A DNA stretch of 64,000 nucleotides from Selaginella moellendorffii (GCF_000143415.4 NW_003314311.1:1124769-1188768), one strand, 5' to 3'; counted from the stretch's first letter, positions 36,001 to 50,654 are shown. Made by a program: numbers and translations. The notes: generated by a model from the sequence alone, not told the origin.

Positions 36001-39000
36001 CATAAGGCGTCCTTTGCGCGATCTTTTTCAGAAAGTACCTGAAGTGCAAGTTGATGTCCAGGTAAAATTCCGGCGTTGTGCTTGCCTTTCTTGCTTACTT
36101 TGCGGTTGCTAGGTGCTAACTTTGTGCGGAGTAATGTCGGACCGAGAATATCTGGTCATTATTGATTGTGCTTCAACGAATATAAACGAGCCACCTGACT
36201 TGCCGCCAAACTTTCGAGAATCGACTTCGAGCGAATCCGATGACCAAGAAACTCCAAATTTCAAATCAGTGGAGCTCGAAGAACATTTCCGTGATTCTCA
36301 GACATACTTCACCAAAGTTTGGGTTATAGTAGATGTGTTATATGCAGAGCTGGAACTATTCAAAGGTATAGAACGTGAATCTCCTCTTGCTCGTGTCGAG
36401 GTAATTCTACAAAACGTTTCCTTGATTTCATATACTGACGATTGGTTCTAAAACTAGGTGCACAGTTTTTGGCTTGGTTATCGTTTCGCATCAACACTGG
36501 AAACCGATATTTATGTCACATTACCAAAGCTCTCGGTTGTGGATCTCCGGCCTGGCACGAATGCAGAGATGAGGATGATGTTTGGCTCTATTCCCGATGT
36601 CGAGAAAGACGGCCAGCCTGGCGAAAGCGAACATAAGTCTGTCACTCGACTAACGATGTTAGTAATGGACCTGCGAATGAAGCCTCATGCTCAGACTATT
36701 GTTATTCGGATGCAACGACCTCGGCTGCTGGTGGTGGTGGATTTTCTCTTGGAAGTCAGCCAGTTTTTTGTCCCATCGGCGGTGGCATCAACTGGTGATG
36801 AAGAAAAAGATCCACTCGCAACAGCAAAGCACGTCAGGCTTGTTAGTTCTCATTATCGGCAAGAAGAGCCAATGTCGATAATATCACCGGAGCGTCAAGT
36901 TATTGCTGATGCAGTTCACATCCAAGAGTTTTTATACGACGGATGTGACCGGGTGCTGGAGTTACAAGTTGAAGATGATTATGCTGGTGCCAACGCAGAA
37001 CCTGTTATCGTTGTTGGACATGGGAAGAAGCTGCGTTTCAAAAATGTTAAAATCAAGGTATAGATGTGCTGTGCTACTTTTTTTTACCAACACATCTGCA
37101 GAATGGAGCGCGTATTCACGAGTGCATCAAACTCGCAAGTGGTGCTAGCTACAGTTTTCATGAAGAAGATGGTGTCACATTTGTAAGTAACGAGGAAAAG
37201 ATCACGACAGTAGTGGATGGAGGGTCAGCAACAGATCCAGGGAGCCCAAAACTTGACGATCGTGGGGACTCCAACCAGGACTTTCTTCTGGATGTACAGG
37301 TATATGCATTTGAACTTTTTCGTGTTTGCTCATATTTTCTAGCAGATTGTAGCACCGGAACTGACATTTTACGATAGCACAAAATGGCCATCGTCTACAA
37401 CATTGTCCCGGCAGGAAAAACTCCTGAGAGCAAAAATGGATTTTAACCTTATGTAGGTTGCTTGTTTCTTTTCCTCTTGCGCTAATGCTAGTCTTACAGG
37501 TTCGCGTTGAAAGGTGAAAACAGATGGGTGAGGAGTTTTGTGAAGGGACTAAGTGTAGAAAACAGCTCGGGAGTCATGATATTAGATCCACTCGATATTT
37601 CTGCCGAGTACGTCTGTGCCCAAGGAAAGTCCAATATTCTAGTCACCGCATCAGACGTTTTCTTGCGGCCCTCTTTCAACGTTATGCGGTTGGTAATGCG
37701 TTTGCACAGTGATGCTGTTGCACGATTCCATCTTGATCGCGGAGTCATACATCGTTGCACCCATTTTGACCGAATATGGGTGAACAAACCAGGTTTAAGC
37801 TGGTCTTTATTTAATTATTGTTCTTAACTTTCGTATCACCGCAGGGAATACTTCTTCGCCCGAAGTTACTTTCTGGAGGCCAAAAGTTCCTCCTGGCTAC
37901 GTGATATTAAGCGATTGTGTAACCTCGGGGTGAGTAATTCTTCGTGGCGAGAAAAAAAATTATGTACTGATCTTTTGCATTTGCAGGACGGCACCCCCGT
38001 CTCAAGGGGTTGTAGCTGTTTTCAATTCTCACCATCGAGTTAAAAAGCCTTTAAAGTTCGACCTTGTCTGGAGCTCGTATGGGAATTCCAGCAACTCAGT
38101 TTTGAATGAAGAACCATGCTGTGTTTGGCTCCCGGTTGCGCCGCCAGGATACAAAGCCGTTGGCTGTGTGGCCGAGCGAGGAACTTCTCCTCCCTCTTTA
38201 AATACTGTCCACTGCGTCAGATCGGACCTTTTGACATCGAGTGCAGTCACTGACTGCGTTCTGTGCATTCCTCCTGGTGACAGGTATTTAGCTGAGTCTT
38301 GTTTCTTTCTTTCGGTGAAGAAGCTAAACTTTTGTGTTTCCTGTGAAGGGATTATGCGGATGGTTGCAGCATTTGGCGTGTAGACAACACGATTGGCTCC
38401 TTCTTTGCACGCTCTTCTGTTAATCCACCACAAAAGGATATGTTGTGCGACCTGCGTCACCTAGTTCTGAATCACTTGAGTAGTCCGACCGAGAGAACGG
38501 ACGACGCTGTCGAAGTTAAAGTGGTGGAACGTACGCCTCATCCTGCACCACGAGCTAGCAGAAACTCCTTAACTACTCCGCAGTTTGAAAGGCTTTGGTG
38601 GGACAGAGGCACGGAAACCAGACGCGTAGTTTCGATTTGGCGGCCTATCCCAGCCAGCGGGTATGCAATTGTTGGCGACAGCATCGTTGACGGGTACGTG
38701 AAGTCTTTCAGTCATAGAGAAAGTTTTAACGTTTCCTTTTGTTTTTCAGGCTCGAGCCACCAGGCATTGGATTAGTTTTACGCGATGATGGCACAGGACG
38801 TCTCTGTAAACCCATTCGTTTCCAGCAAAAGGTTCACATTTGTGGGAGAGGCCTTGAAGATGTGTACATCTGGTATCCAGTCGCACCGGCGGGCTATGTT
38901 GCCTTGGGATGTGTTGCAACAACAACGCCGGATCATCCTCCACTTGATATGGTCCGGTGCGTTCGTATGGATCTTGTGAGTCAAGGAAGTCTTTCCAAGC

Positions 39001-42000
39001 GTCCAGTGTGGAGCTATATAGGCAGCCGTGGTGGTCACAGCTGCTGCTTGTGGAAAGTGGAGAACCAGGTATCTTCAAGATCTCATATCATCTTGGCTCA
39101 TTCCACGACTTTTCGTATGCAGGCTAGCACCTTCATTGCTCGTGCTGACTTGAAAAAGCCTCTCGTGCGGATGGCATACTTCCTTGCCGAAACTGGACGG
39201 CCTAAAGTCCGAGAAAACCTGACTGCCGAAATGAAACTTGGACGTTTATCGGTTACTGTCGTTGACGATCTTTCTGGCATGGTATGCGCAGTTTTTTATA
39301 TACTGTTTGAAAACACTAGTAACTTTGTTATTGCAGGCAACACCTCTTGTTAATGCGACTTTAACCGGTGTCAACTTAGCAGCCCATGGTCGACCGGATG
39401 CTCTGAATGCCGTGGCATTGACATCGATTGCTGCGTCCACGTTCAACGCGAGCCTTGATGCTTGGGAACCACTGATTGAACCATTTGATGGCATTCTGAA
39501 GTATGTGACACCTTTTATAAGTTTCTAGCCATGACCTTAACGTGCTTGTTTCTGTGTTTGGCTATAGATACGAGTTCTATGGTGGGGATTCGGATGCAAC
39601 GTTAAAGATTGGTAGACGTGTTCGAATCACCGCAGCCAGCACGGTCAGCATTAATATTACATCTGCTAGCCTGGAAGCTCTGATAGGAGCTATGGCTGTC
39701 TGGCAAAAGCAAACCGAGTCGGAACAAGAGGCGCTAAGCGCGATGAGGACGGTATAATTTAATTTTTTTTTGATGGAATACATACACTGACTGCGTATGG
39801 TTGTGATGATAGGAGAAAACGGATTACAAAGCAGGAATGACGGGCAAAGCTGCATTGGAGGAAGATGACAGTGAGAAGCTTGTAGTTCAAAATATGCTCT
39901 TTTCTGAGCTCTACCTGAGAACTTTCCGAAGCGGCTTTGAGAATGTAGAAGTGCTGCAAGAAGGAGAAACTTCCATTATTCCTTTGCCACCCCCTAGCTT
40001 TCCCGACAAGCTGGCAAGCGGGGTTCAAAAACCATCCCGGCAATTTGTCGCAGTTCACGTGCTTGAAGCAAAGGTAATTTACATTATTTTGTTATCTACA
40101 TTGTTAACGGCTTTTCGATGCAGGGCTTGTTGGTAAATGACGATGGTAATTGTCCCGATTTTCTGTGTGCTCTTCGTTTAGTGACTACGAAGCAGCTACC
40201 TGAAGATCCGAAAGCGCTCCCACAAAGTGCTAGATCTCGTTGCGTGCGTCCAAATGACGTGCAGTCCCTGTCCCGGGCTTCAGCAAGCTGGAATGAAGTT
40301 TTCATTTTTGAAGTTCCGTCACAGGTAAGTAATTTCATTACTGTTTCTTTACAGTATTGATTGTTTAGCACACAGGGGTCTGTGAATTTGGAAGTGGTTA
40401 TTACCAATCAAGCTGCTAGAAGTGGAAAAGGTAATTTCTTCGTTGTTACTTGAAGTACCATATGTTTTATTACTCTTTGCAGGAGAGGCAGTCGGTATTC
40501 TCTCACTTCCTGTGAAAGAAGAAGCGAGTCATAAAGTATCTCAACCTTCGACGTTGTGGAAAATGGTCAGGCAGTCGATTAGTCAAGAATCCTGGCCAGC
40601 TGCTCAAGCCAAAATTCTCTCCTTGAGACCGCCTCGAAAGCGGGTATATACAGCTGACATTTCCAATGCTAGTTTAGCTAATGGTTGGCTGTGCAGGGAA
40701 ACATTGCAGAGTTGCAGTCTCAAGAGTGTGGCAACATAGCTGTTCAGCTTTACTTCTTCTCTACTGCACCAGATTGGCGACGTGACAAGGATGAGAAACT
40801 GCCGACGAAAGACTATGGCCTGCTGTTTTCGTGCCGTCCTGATGGTCCTTGGGAAAGCTTGCGGTGCGTGCTACCTTTCGCAACAATTCCCAAAACAGTT
40901 GGTGAGCAACAAGTTGCTGTGGACGTAACGATGGATCAGGGTCGAAAGCATGCTACGTTTCGGAGTTTGGTTATCGTCGCAAACAACACAGACATGGCGT
41001 TGGAAGTGGCTATATGCCCATATTCTCTGCTCCATACGCCGAATGACACAGATGGTGGCGCTACATCTTTAGACAATTCTACTCGTGTTGACGAAGAATG
41101 CTTTGAGAACCAAAGATATCAACCTTTAGCAGGGTGGGGAAGCAAATGGCCGGGACATCTTATTCCGACCGATCCCGGAAGGTGGAGTACGCGAGATTTT
41201 ACTCAATCATCTCAGGTACAAAGTCGATCATTTGTAGAATTGCTTGAACTGACTTGAGTGTATCCTCTTGTAGGAAATACTAAAGGTTCAGCTGCCGCCG
41301 GGCTGGATTTGGACTTCAGACTGGACAGTGGATCTTTCTGGAAACGTAGATCAAGACGGCTGGTTCTACGGTCCGGACTTCCAGAGCTTAAGGACGCTGC
41401 CAGTTTCTTCTAAGGCATCGAGGAAGTCCACTTTCGATTTTGTTCGACGACGACGTTGGATCCGCACTAGACAACGTGTACCAGACAACAAGAAGGCGCA
41501 CAAAAGAGAGGTGGTGGGAGTGATTCAACCGGGGTCGTCCATCCAGCTGCCTCTTGCAAGCACTGCTCGTCAGGCAGATTACTGTGCTCAAGTTCGTCCG
41601 GTGACAGACACATGCGGAAGTTATCTGTGGGGTCGGTTAATAAGCGATCCAAATCCCATTGCTGCGAACTCATCCACGCCAAGAAAGTCTATCAAGCAGA
41701 GTAAAAGCAACATCTCCTCACAGGATTTCACGTTGGGCCACCTTGAGAAAAGAGAACAGCTGCTACTATGCGTCACGGCTGATATGACAAGCTCAAAAGG
41801 CCATTGCTGGCTCAGCATGGAAGCGGATGCTACTATCCTGTCTGGCGACTTGAACACTCAAATTTACGACTGGAGATTATCAGTGAACGCACCCTTGCGG
41901 CTGGAAAACCTTCTGCCTTGCAACGCAGAGTACATAATCTGGGAGAAGATAAATGAGGCCAGGCCGGTCAAACGGCAGCATGGGATAGCTTCAGCCGGTG

Positions 42001-45000
42001 ACTCTGTTTGTGTCTACGCTGCGGATATAAGGAGGCAGATCTTCTTGACGTGGCTGCCACAAGGTGGCTGGAGACCAGAGAAGGTACGTTTTCTATGTTC
42101 TTAAGTCTTATTTTCGAAATAAGCTTGCCTTGCAGGAAGGCGTCCTTATTTTTGATCCAAAGTCTGAAGACCTTCCTCTTGGGTTCTGGATGGTGCATCA
42201 TGCTAGCAACAGGTGCGTCAGGATTTTATAGCGTGTGTTCTAAACAATGGTATCCTGCAGGAGGCTACGCGTAAGCCTGGAGTATGACTTTGGAAGCTCA
42301 CTTCTGGCTGCTAAAACCGTGCGTTTACTCGTGCCATACTGGATATCCAACGATACCGGGTTACCACTGGCCTATAGAGTGGTTGAAGTCGAAAGCTCGG
42401 AGCCTCTTTCTACACCGAAGGGCACGAGGAATTCTAAACTGGCTACACCTGCAAGAAAAGCAAGGATGCTGCCCGTTACTCGCGTTCTTGATGTCATAGA
42501 AAGCTCTCCTGCCCCGCTCATGCTTTCGCCTCACGCTCAACTGGACCGACTAGGTCCACTCCCGAATACTCCTCGAGTGGAGGACGTGCTTTCGCCTCGT
42601 ATTGGGCTAGCTGTGTCTGCTGCAGACAGCGACAACTTCAAATACGGCTTTTCGTTCAGAGAATTGGAGGATAATGTAAGTAGTTTCTTCTTCTCTGTTT
42701 TTTTTCTCTTATAAATGCATTTGGACTGTTTTCAGAAGGATCTGATAGTTGTGAAGGCATACGATTCAAACGGTGGATATGTAAAGCTGACAACCACTTT
42801 GGATCTATCATCTGAGAGAACCAAGGTTCGTTTAGACGGAAAATCCGTTGAAGTTTTCTCACGGCTTTAAATATGTGCAGGTTGTTCGTTTTCAGCCTCA
42901 TTCAGTGTTCATCAACAGGCTTGGCAAAAGGCTACAGATTCGTCAAGGTGATATACAAGCTCAAGACTTTCTATATCCCAATCAAACTCCAAAAACATTT
43001 GTCTGGCGCACAAATGATGAGCCTGAACTTCTCAAGGTATGCCAACACGGAAAGGTCACACTTTTCAAGCTTTGTACTGAATTTAAAATGCAGGTCTATC
43101 TCGAGGGCTACAAATGGAGCCCGCCCTTCAACATTGAGACTATTGGAACAACACACTTGAAACTAACAAGTACAAACGGCAGCTCCAAACTCTATATTCG
43201 CATAGAGGTGCGAAGCGGATCTAGGCATGCCTCGCAGCTGGTCATTTTTCGATACGCTTCAATTCATGGGCCATACAGGTATAGCCTTTCTACTGTCAAA
43301 ACTTCCTCTATTTACATTGCTTTCCCAGGATTGAGAACAAGTCCACAGTCTCAATCAACTATCGACAGGAAGGTACATCTTCTGAATCCTGGCAACATCT
43401 ACCAGCCGGGAGCTGTGATACGTTTGCATGGGAGGATCTTGATCTCCCTCGCATGCTGGAGATCAACGTCGAGGGAGCGGATCCGCATTCATCACAGACG
43501 TACAAAATTGATGAAGCCAGAACTCATCAGCTTATTACTTCGAGTAGTCCGGGTCCGGTTTTGCAAGTTAAGGTTCATCGTGATGGTGCCATTCACCTGG
43601 TTTCCGTGACCAATTCGATCACAAGACCCGAGGACATGAGTATTGTTCCTGTGTCATCATCCTCCACTCAGCTTCCCGAGCGAACTCAAACTAGCCAAGC
43701 GGAGAACCAGTTCCACACGTCAATAGAACTGGCCGAGCTTGGACTGTCGATTGTTGATCACACTCCGGAGGAACTCCTCTACCTGTCCGTGATAAACTTC
43801 TTTGTTTCATATTCTACAGGACTTGGATCGCAAATCAGCAGGTAACTTTGTGTTCGTTAAGTTGGATCTCTTCTAATGGTCTGCTTACAGGTTTAAAGTA
43901 AAAGTGGACGGCCTCCAAGTTGATAATCAGCTGCCATTGACTCCCATGCCTGTGCTTTTCTCGCCTCAGGACACTGCAAAGAATTGCGAGTTCTTGTTGA
44001 AGTTTACAGTGACTCTGAAGGAGAACAGTTTGTCGGATCAGCAGGTTTACCCATACATCGGCATCCAGGTATTACTCGTGTTGCATGCTTTTTTGGTTGC
44101 TTATACTGAGAATTTCAGGGTCCGAACGTTCCAAACGTTTCATTTTTGGTGAATATTCACGAACCAATCATCTGGCGGCTTCATGAAATGTTCACCCGAC
44201 TAAACTTGGGACAGTTAAGAAGCAGCCAGACGACTGCTGTAGCTCTGGATCCGATTATTAGCATTGGGTAAGATAGTGTCAGCTTTTTTTCTCAAGCCTG
44301 TGTTCCTTATTATATTTTGCACTTACAGACTGCTGAATACGTCGGAGATACGCTTCAAGGTGACCTTAGCAATGTCTCCAACACAGCGGCCTCGCGGAGT
44401 TCTTGGATTCTGGTCCACGCTTCTTACTTCCCTTGGCAACACCGATGATATGCCGGTACGCTGTTTTTATTCTTTCCTTTGTGTACAGCAGGAAAGAGCT
44501 AATTCATGGCTTCTAGGTTCGCATTACGCCTCATGTCCACGAAAACATATGCATGAGCCAAAGTGCGCTGGTTGCAGCTGCAATCGCAAGTGTTCGTAAC
44601 GATATGCTCAGTCAACCTCTCAAGCTATTATCTGGTGTGGATCTTTTGGGAAATGCGAGCAGCGCGTTGGGACACATGAGCAAAGGCGTTGCTGCACTCT
44701 CGATGGATAAAAAGTTTATCCGGAGCCGTCAAAAGCATGTACGTATCCAAAGTTTCTCACTCTTCACAACTTACAACTTCCACTTGATTTTTCAGGAGAC
44801 AAAGGCGGCAGTAGAAGACATAGGTGATGGTATTCGTGAAGGTGGCGAGGCCCTTGCCAAAGGATTTTTCAGGGGGGTGACCGGGATATTAACAAAGCCA
44901 CTGGAAGGTGCTCGATCGGCGGGAGTGGAGGGATTTCTTCAAGGTGTTGGGAAGGGAGTTATCGGCGCAGCAGTGCAGCCGATGAGTGGCGTGCTTGACC

Positions 45001-46740
45001 TGCTGTCGAAAACTACTGAAGGAGCCAATGCTACGAGAATGAAGCTGGCAGCTGTTCTCACGTCCGAGGAACAGCTCCGGCGTCGTCGTTTGCCCAGAGT
45101 TATTGGCGGTGACAACATTCTCCGCCCATACGATGAGTACAAAGCTCAAGGACAGGTATTCTTGAGGTTCTTTGCAAACTTTATATACGAAACGTTTGCT
45201 TCCTTAGGTGCTATTGCAACTGGCCCAACGAGGAACTCTTTTTGGACCCGTAGACATCTTTAAAATTCGTGGGAAATTTGCGGCATCAGATGCATACGAG
45301 GACCACTTTAATCTTCCTAAAGCTCGTACACTGATTATCACTCATCGGCGAGTGATCTTGTTGCAGGTAACGGAACGAGTTGCTCTTTCTTTTTTTCTCT
45401 TCGTCGACTCCTCACTTCTTGTTTTGCAGCATCCGACTGGCATTCTGGTGCAGAAGAAGCCCGACTTGTTAAAAAACCCGTGCACTATTGTCTGGGACGT
45501 GACATGGGGAGAACTCATGACAATGGAGCTAGCTATCGGCAAGCAGGAAACCAAGGAGCCGCATGAGCCTAAACCATCGCGGTTGATCTTGCACCTTCGG
45601 ACATCCAGCCAGGAGACCTCCATATTCGACACGAGAGAAACTATGCGTGTCGTGAAGTGTCATCCTGGTACCAATCAGGCCGCGGAGATAATGGCATCAA
45701 TCCAAAGAGCGTATGAAACATTCGGACCTGAACGCGCCGCTATTCGTTCAGAGGTAAGTGTGTTCTACTTCTCTTCCTTGTTTTTCTTATAGTAGATTTT
45801 CAGACTATGAAGCTAAAGCCAGGAAGTAGACCATACGCAGGATCTAGTTCAAGCGCGGCTCCTGCACTCGGACTTTTAGCCGGGCCTGCAGCCCCGGTTT
45901 CCATACCAATGCTGGCTACGTTTGGTGCATTGCTTGGCTCCGCGCACCGGAGCTCGCTTCTAGCAAAAGAGTCCGATGCTGCCACGGACAAAGTTTTGAG
46001 CATCGACGAAGGCTCGTCCACTGGTTCTCCAAGAGCCGGGAGGTTCATCAGCGATTTTGATCTCATATGGTCGAACCAGGTACGTGGATCTTGGCCGCTT
46101 TCTTTTCGTGCTCACAAGTTTCTCTCTAACAGGGTGATCCCGATGGTGAAACCAATCCCATGTCCATTTGGCGACCGGCCTGTCTGTCCGGGTGAGTGAT
46201 AGTCATGACACTCTTTCTTTTCTTTTCTTTCTTTCTTATTGTCTAAGACTCCTCTGGTTTGTAGATATGCCACCGTTGGAGACGTCGCTCACGCTGCTCA
46301 TGACCAGCCTGAGAGCGTGCTCGTGTATCCTCTTTCCGACCAGATCTTCCTCCATCCTCAAGGCTTTGATCAGGTAAAAGAAACTATCCTACACAGGACT
46401 AGGTCTCTAAACTTCTCAAACTTCACAGGTCTGGCGAGAGCAAGGCCCGTCCCCTCTCACAATCTGGAGGCCCCGAGCTCCACCCGGATATGTCTCGGTG
46501 GGATGCGTCGCGGTGGCCGATTTCTACGAGCCCGAGGTGGAGGTGGTGTTTTGTGTACTTAGTAAACACACAACGCAGGCGGTTTACGTGGAGCCAGCGC
46601 TTGTGAGGAGTCCATCGCCGGGCGGTGCAGCGTTTTTGACATGCAGGTTTTGGAGAGTGGCGAATGAGGCCCGGACTTTCGTGGTGCCTAGGGATGATGG
46701 CCAGCCACCGTCGAGCCTGGCGTGTATGGTAGTGTTGTAG
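30048..46740 (+). CDS. VPS13: VPS13 family bridge-like lipid transfer protein (plant VPS13M2/At1g48090-like), roughly 60 short introns
   Basis: Spliced N-terminus MFEAH|VLYLLRRYLGQYVRGLSAEALQISVWK|GDVVLKDLQLKAEALN (Chorein_N); PH-like region (WITLAGPYLYVLE); Vps62/DUF946-like repeats (VWLPVAPPGYKAVGCV); C2 (WNEVFIFEV); DysF-like (ENQRYQPLAGWG, DGWFYG, RRRRWIR); SHR-BD/VAB; DNQLP; ATG2_C-like (GVTGILTKPLEGA...GFLQGVGKG); stop at 46738-46740. Not every exon boundary was traced. Confidence 0.93.
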
Positions 46741-47103
46741 ATAAGTGCTTTTTCCATTCCGGGACTAAAGCTGTACAGGAGCTCTCCTTCATTGTTTTAT
46801 ACACATTGCAAATAAGTTTCTTTAATCTTTGGCCAGTTCTTGACGTTTCCTTGTTCGTAGAAATCTGCAGCGATGGTAATTTCAGACGAAAACTTACTAA
46901 AAACTTGTTGTAGCAGATTTCTCGCGTCGTCTACTCCTTTCGTTGATCGCGGTAAAGTTAACGTGGGTAAGTTGGTAGTATCAAAATCTTCGCCAAGCCC
47001 ACATTGATGGACGTGGAGGGCTCGAGCGAGACAATAATTATGTGCTCGCTAGCTATCGGGTCGCGACGAAAAACAGAACAAACTCAGCTCAAATTATTTA
47101 AAA

Positions 47104-47376
47104 TTATGGGTTGCAACAGGGGGGTTGTCCAGGATTCCGCGGTCGGAACTCTTGAAAGAAGTGGTAAAGAGAAAACTAAAGATTTTCATGCGAAAACTTA
47201 CTAGGATTCTGCTGCTCTGGCTTTCTCACAAGTGTTCTCCGGTCATTCCGAAGCTCGTTGATTGTGAGTGGTGATGAAGAACTATCAAAGAGAAGGCGAG
47301 CAGCACCTGAGAAGTGAAGTTCCCAATGGAGTAGTATGAACATCGCCATGATGATAGTGTTGAAAAATCTCCTCAT
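47104..47376 (-). CDS. Small secreted peptide precursor, family member 1 (exons 47376-47202, 47150-47104; 73 aa, ends KFRPRNPGQPPCCNP)
   Basis: Hydrophobic N-terminus MRRFFNTIIMAMFILLHWELHFSGA, GTAAGT donor, 51-nt intron, conserved C-terminal 15-mer shared with paralogs. Confidence 0.72.
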
Positions 47377-47859
47377 TTTTGCTGGTTTTGTAGACCCATC
47401 TCTGCGAGCGCTGGCAATTTATTAGGAGATGCAATGCAACACGCGGTGTAGTGATTGACTAGCCCACTAGGCAGTGGCAAATGCTTACAATCTTCTTCCT
47501 TAAAACAACAAAGCAGTTAAAATCTAAACTTGTAGTTATCAGGAGTTTTTGCATTTGACTCCTCATGTTTCCAGAAACGAAGACTAAGATTTGTCAAGAT
47601 TTCGAACCCGTAAGTTCCATGTTTCTTCATTTTTGTCTGGCTTGGAGAGTTTAGTCCCAGCTCACTTGAGTTAGGCTTGTTCCCTACTCTCAGTTGTCTG
47701 GAAGATGAACTTGACAAATCGTAGTCTTCATTCGACTCAGTCGAAAAGTATGAGTCAAATGCAAAGGCAAGAATACTACAAGTGGTTGCCAATGCCTAGT
47801 GGGCTAGTCAAACATATTGCGTGTTGCAGCACGTGAAAACCACACAATCATGTTCTCAT

Positions 47860-48094
47860 TTGAGGAGATTTTGCAACACTTCCACCGTGGCGATGGTGAT
47901 ACAACATTTGCAACTTAATGCTTCTCTTTTATACTTCTTCCTCAGGCACTACACCTCTCACAATCAACAAGCTTCAAAACGAGTTTGGTATCATCATAAG
48001 CCGCCAAGTCCTAAGTTTTCAGATGAAAACCTATAGTTTTCTTTACCATGCCTCAAATTTTTGTACAATATCAAGAATTTCTACCAACAAGATG
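47860..48094 (+). pseudogene. Degenerate inverted copy of the peptide gene
   Basis: TTG-RRFCNTSTVAMVI..., TTPLTINKLQNE, damaged donor, intron remnant, QEFLPTR*; promoter motif inverted at 47793-47811. Confidence 0.7.
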
Positions 48095-50654
48095 AAGAGT
48101 TTACAACAGTCGGGGCACCGCGCAAATTCCTCACATAGAGATGGGAACCTTTCCGTGGGCACGCTCCACGGCTACCACTACTTGGCGAGTTAGTCCCTCT
48201 TCCACCAATGCTTCCAAGCTTCGAGCGCTGGAGTTGTTCCTGTCGCGCCTGAAAGCAATCTCACATCCTTAAAGCGGATCCCTAATTGATGAGCGCCTGG
48301 ATCAGGAGAGATTTGCTTGGAGATGCGATGGAGCTCGAGTTAAGCTGTTAGAGTCGACGTCGAGCGGAGTATAGCCTGGGCGCTTAAGCCATGGCGCTGG
48401 CAAGCTTCAAACTTCGTCGGCTATAAGTCAGGCGTTGCTTTAACTTCCTCATCCCACAATTGATCACTAAACAAAGGGATGTACTCATGGCCTTGATTTG
48501 TGACCAGCAAGTCTAGATTTGGATTTCATGGGGGAGGGGGGTGAATATAACTTTAGTTTACACAATGGAAAAATTGGTAGATTTAGTGTAGAAGTCTTTG
48601 GCTCAATAAAAGTTGTTAATTAATAGTAAATGAAAACATTAATATATTTGAATGAGGCTTTTAGCTCAATAAAGATTGTTAATCAATAATCAATAAAAAC
48701 ATTAATATCTCTAAAGGGGGGTAAGTGTAGCCTTGGTCTATACAATGAAAAGATTAGTAAATTTAATATGGAAATACCCACAATCACATTTGGAACATTT
48801 TCAATTGACAACCTCACAATCTTGAACATTTTTATATAGAACATTAGTGCATCTAGAGTCTCTAGATGAAGTTTTATACATATTTCAAATTTTGTATCGT
48901 TTTGTAATGAAAATTCATATTGCAAGGGTATATATTTTCTGAGATAACCCGAGCTAACCATAATTCACGCTAATAGTGTGCAAATTAAAAATAGCAAGTG
49001 TTCATCAGCATTTACGAACCTTACAAATTTTGTGAAACTTGATATTTGGTGCTTATGCCCAGAATGGGTAAGCTTGCTATAGCTTTATTAAGCTTGAAAT
49101 ATTCACAATCAATTATCAAATGAAAATGTAAAAATAAATTCACCTAGATATGTTTTCCACCACTACTCATTTCTAGAACATTGTTTTATACATCCTTCAT
49201 ATATTTATATGCTTGGAGTTGTGAATGTATCCTTTCTCTTTTCTTTCTAGTAATAACAATACTAATCTTTCACTAAAATATCATTTTATTTATACTATAA
49301 TGAATAAAAATAATTTACCTTTCTTCCCCTTTCTATCACGGTTAGTTCTGTTGCTTTGTTTGCCCTAAACATTTATAATATTTGGGAACATTCTTTTATA
49401 TATATGAAAAGATAAAAAGATGTGTGTGTATTATGTATTTTACTTTTGCATATATTATGAAAGGTATATAAAAAATTTACTTTTTTTTGTTAAAAGGTAC
49501 TTTTCCAAAAATTACATTTCACTTGCAACATAAATTAAAAAAATTTTAAGCAAAAATATAATTTGAAATTAAATCCATTGGTAAATTTATGCTTTTAAAT
49601 TAACATCCAAACTTTAACACTAACAATCTCCAACTGCCAAAATATCATGAATGCATGCTGTTGAAATAACTTAATGGCTGGATTGAAGCTATGCTTGTGT
49701 CCTCTCTATCCCGAGGCACTCACTCTCACACTATTGATTCTTTTGTTTTGTTTTTTTATAGAATTTTTTTGTATGGAGCAAAAAAGAAAAAAATTGCTGT
49801 TTTTTTGGCACTGGGCTAATGTTGATCTTTCTCTTTTTTAATTTTTACAGGCTTCAATAAACACTTGCCTGGAGAAGCGTCAAGTATTCTAATGTCAAGC
49901 GTTTCAAGTCAGTAGTGACCAGAGCAATCAGGAGGATTGGCGTCCTCACCAAATGTTTCTGAGAGCCCACTCTATCTTCAAGTACTTACAACGAAATCAC
50001 TCTTGTTTCTGCAAAAAGTGGACGCCAGATGCATCATGATTGAGTTCATCGAGCTCAGTCGACCAATGCTTGTACCCACAGCCCAAGCTTTCACGTCGAC
50101 ATTACTTGGTTCTTTAAAGACCTGTGGAGTTCTTCGCTCAAACTCTACTACCAGGAAAATCCGGAGTGTTGCAACGTCATGACCATGCCAGGTCTGTCCC
50201 GTCACAGGAAATGACCTGGATGAACATGATCCTGCAAGAAGCTGTCCTCAAGTTGGAGAGTACACGGTAGAGCATCGTTGGTTGCTCCTCCAGAGCCTGG
50301 TGCAGCTGCTTGCTTCCAACGTAATTGGGTTTACTGCTTAGCAAAAGGGAGCTATTTGGGATGCCGTACGTGGTGGTTTCTTCTTGGGAGGCCGATATCA
50401 AACTGAATCCTGGAGGGGCTCATTCAACAAATCTAACACTGTTTATTGTTTAGTCTAGCTCTTTGCCAAGAATTAGACTAAGGAGACAGACAAGTCTCTG
50501 ACCTCAGCTGCCCACACTCCCATCCCCCACTATCCTTCCAGAGCTTGTGGCTTACCACGCCCCAGGGAGACAAGTGTTTGGTTTGCAAACCTCTAAACCA
50601 ATTTAATACATTGGTCTTAAACCAATTTTAAGGTTTAATTGGAGAGCGAGAGGT

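Noticed and set aside
47104-47120. CCNP similarity to alpha-conotoxins or heat-stable enterotoxin
   Set aside because: Four-residue match without the remaining cysteine framework; coincidental.
48500-49850. AT-rich tract as a possible DNA transposon or Helitron
   Set aside because: No terminal repeats, TSD or Helitron ends could be identified.
49937-50401. TWHGHDVA resembling a Raf-like kinase subdomain I-II
   Set aside because: No catalytic Lys or other kinase motifs recognisable; too weak to call.
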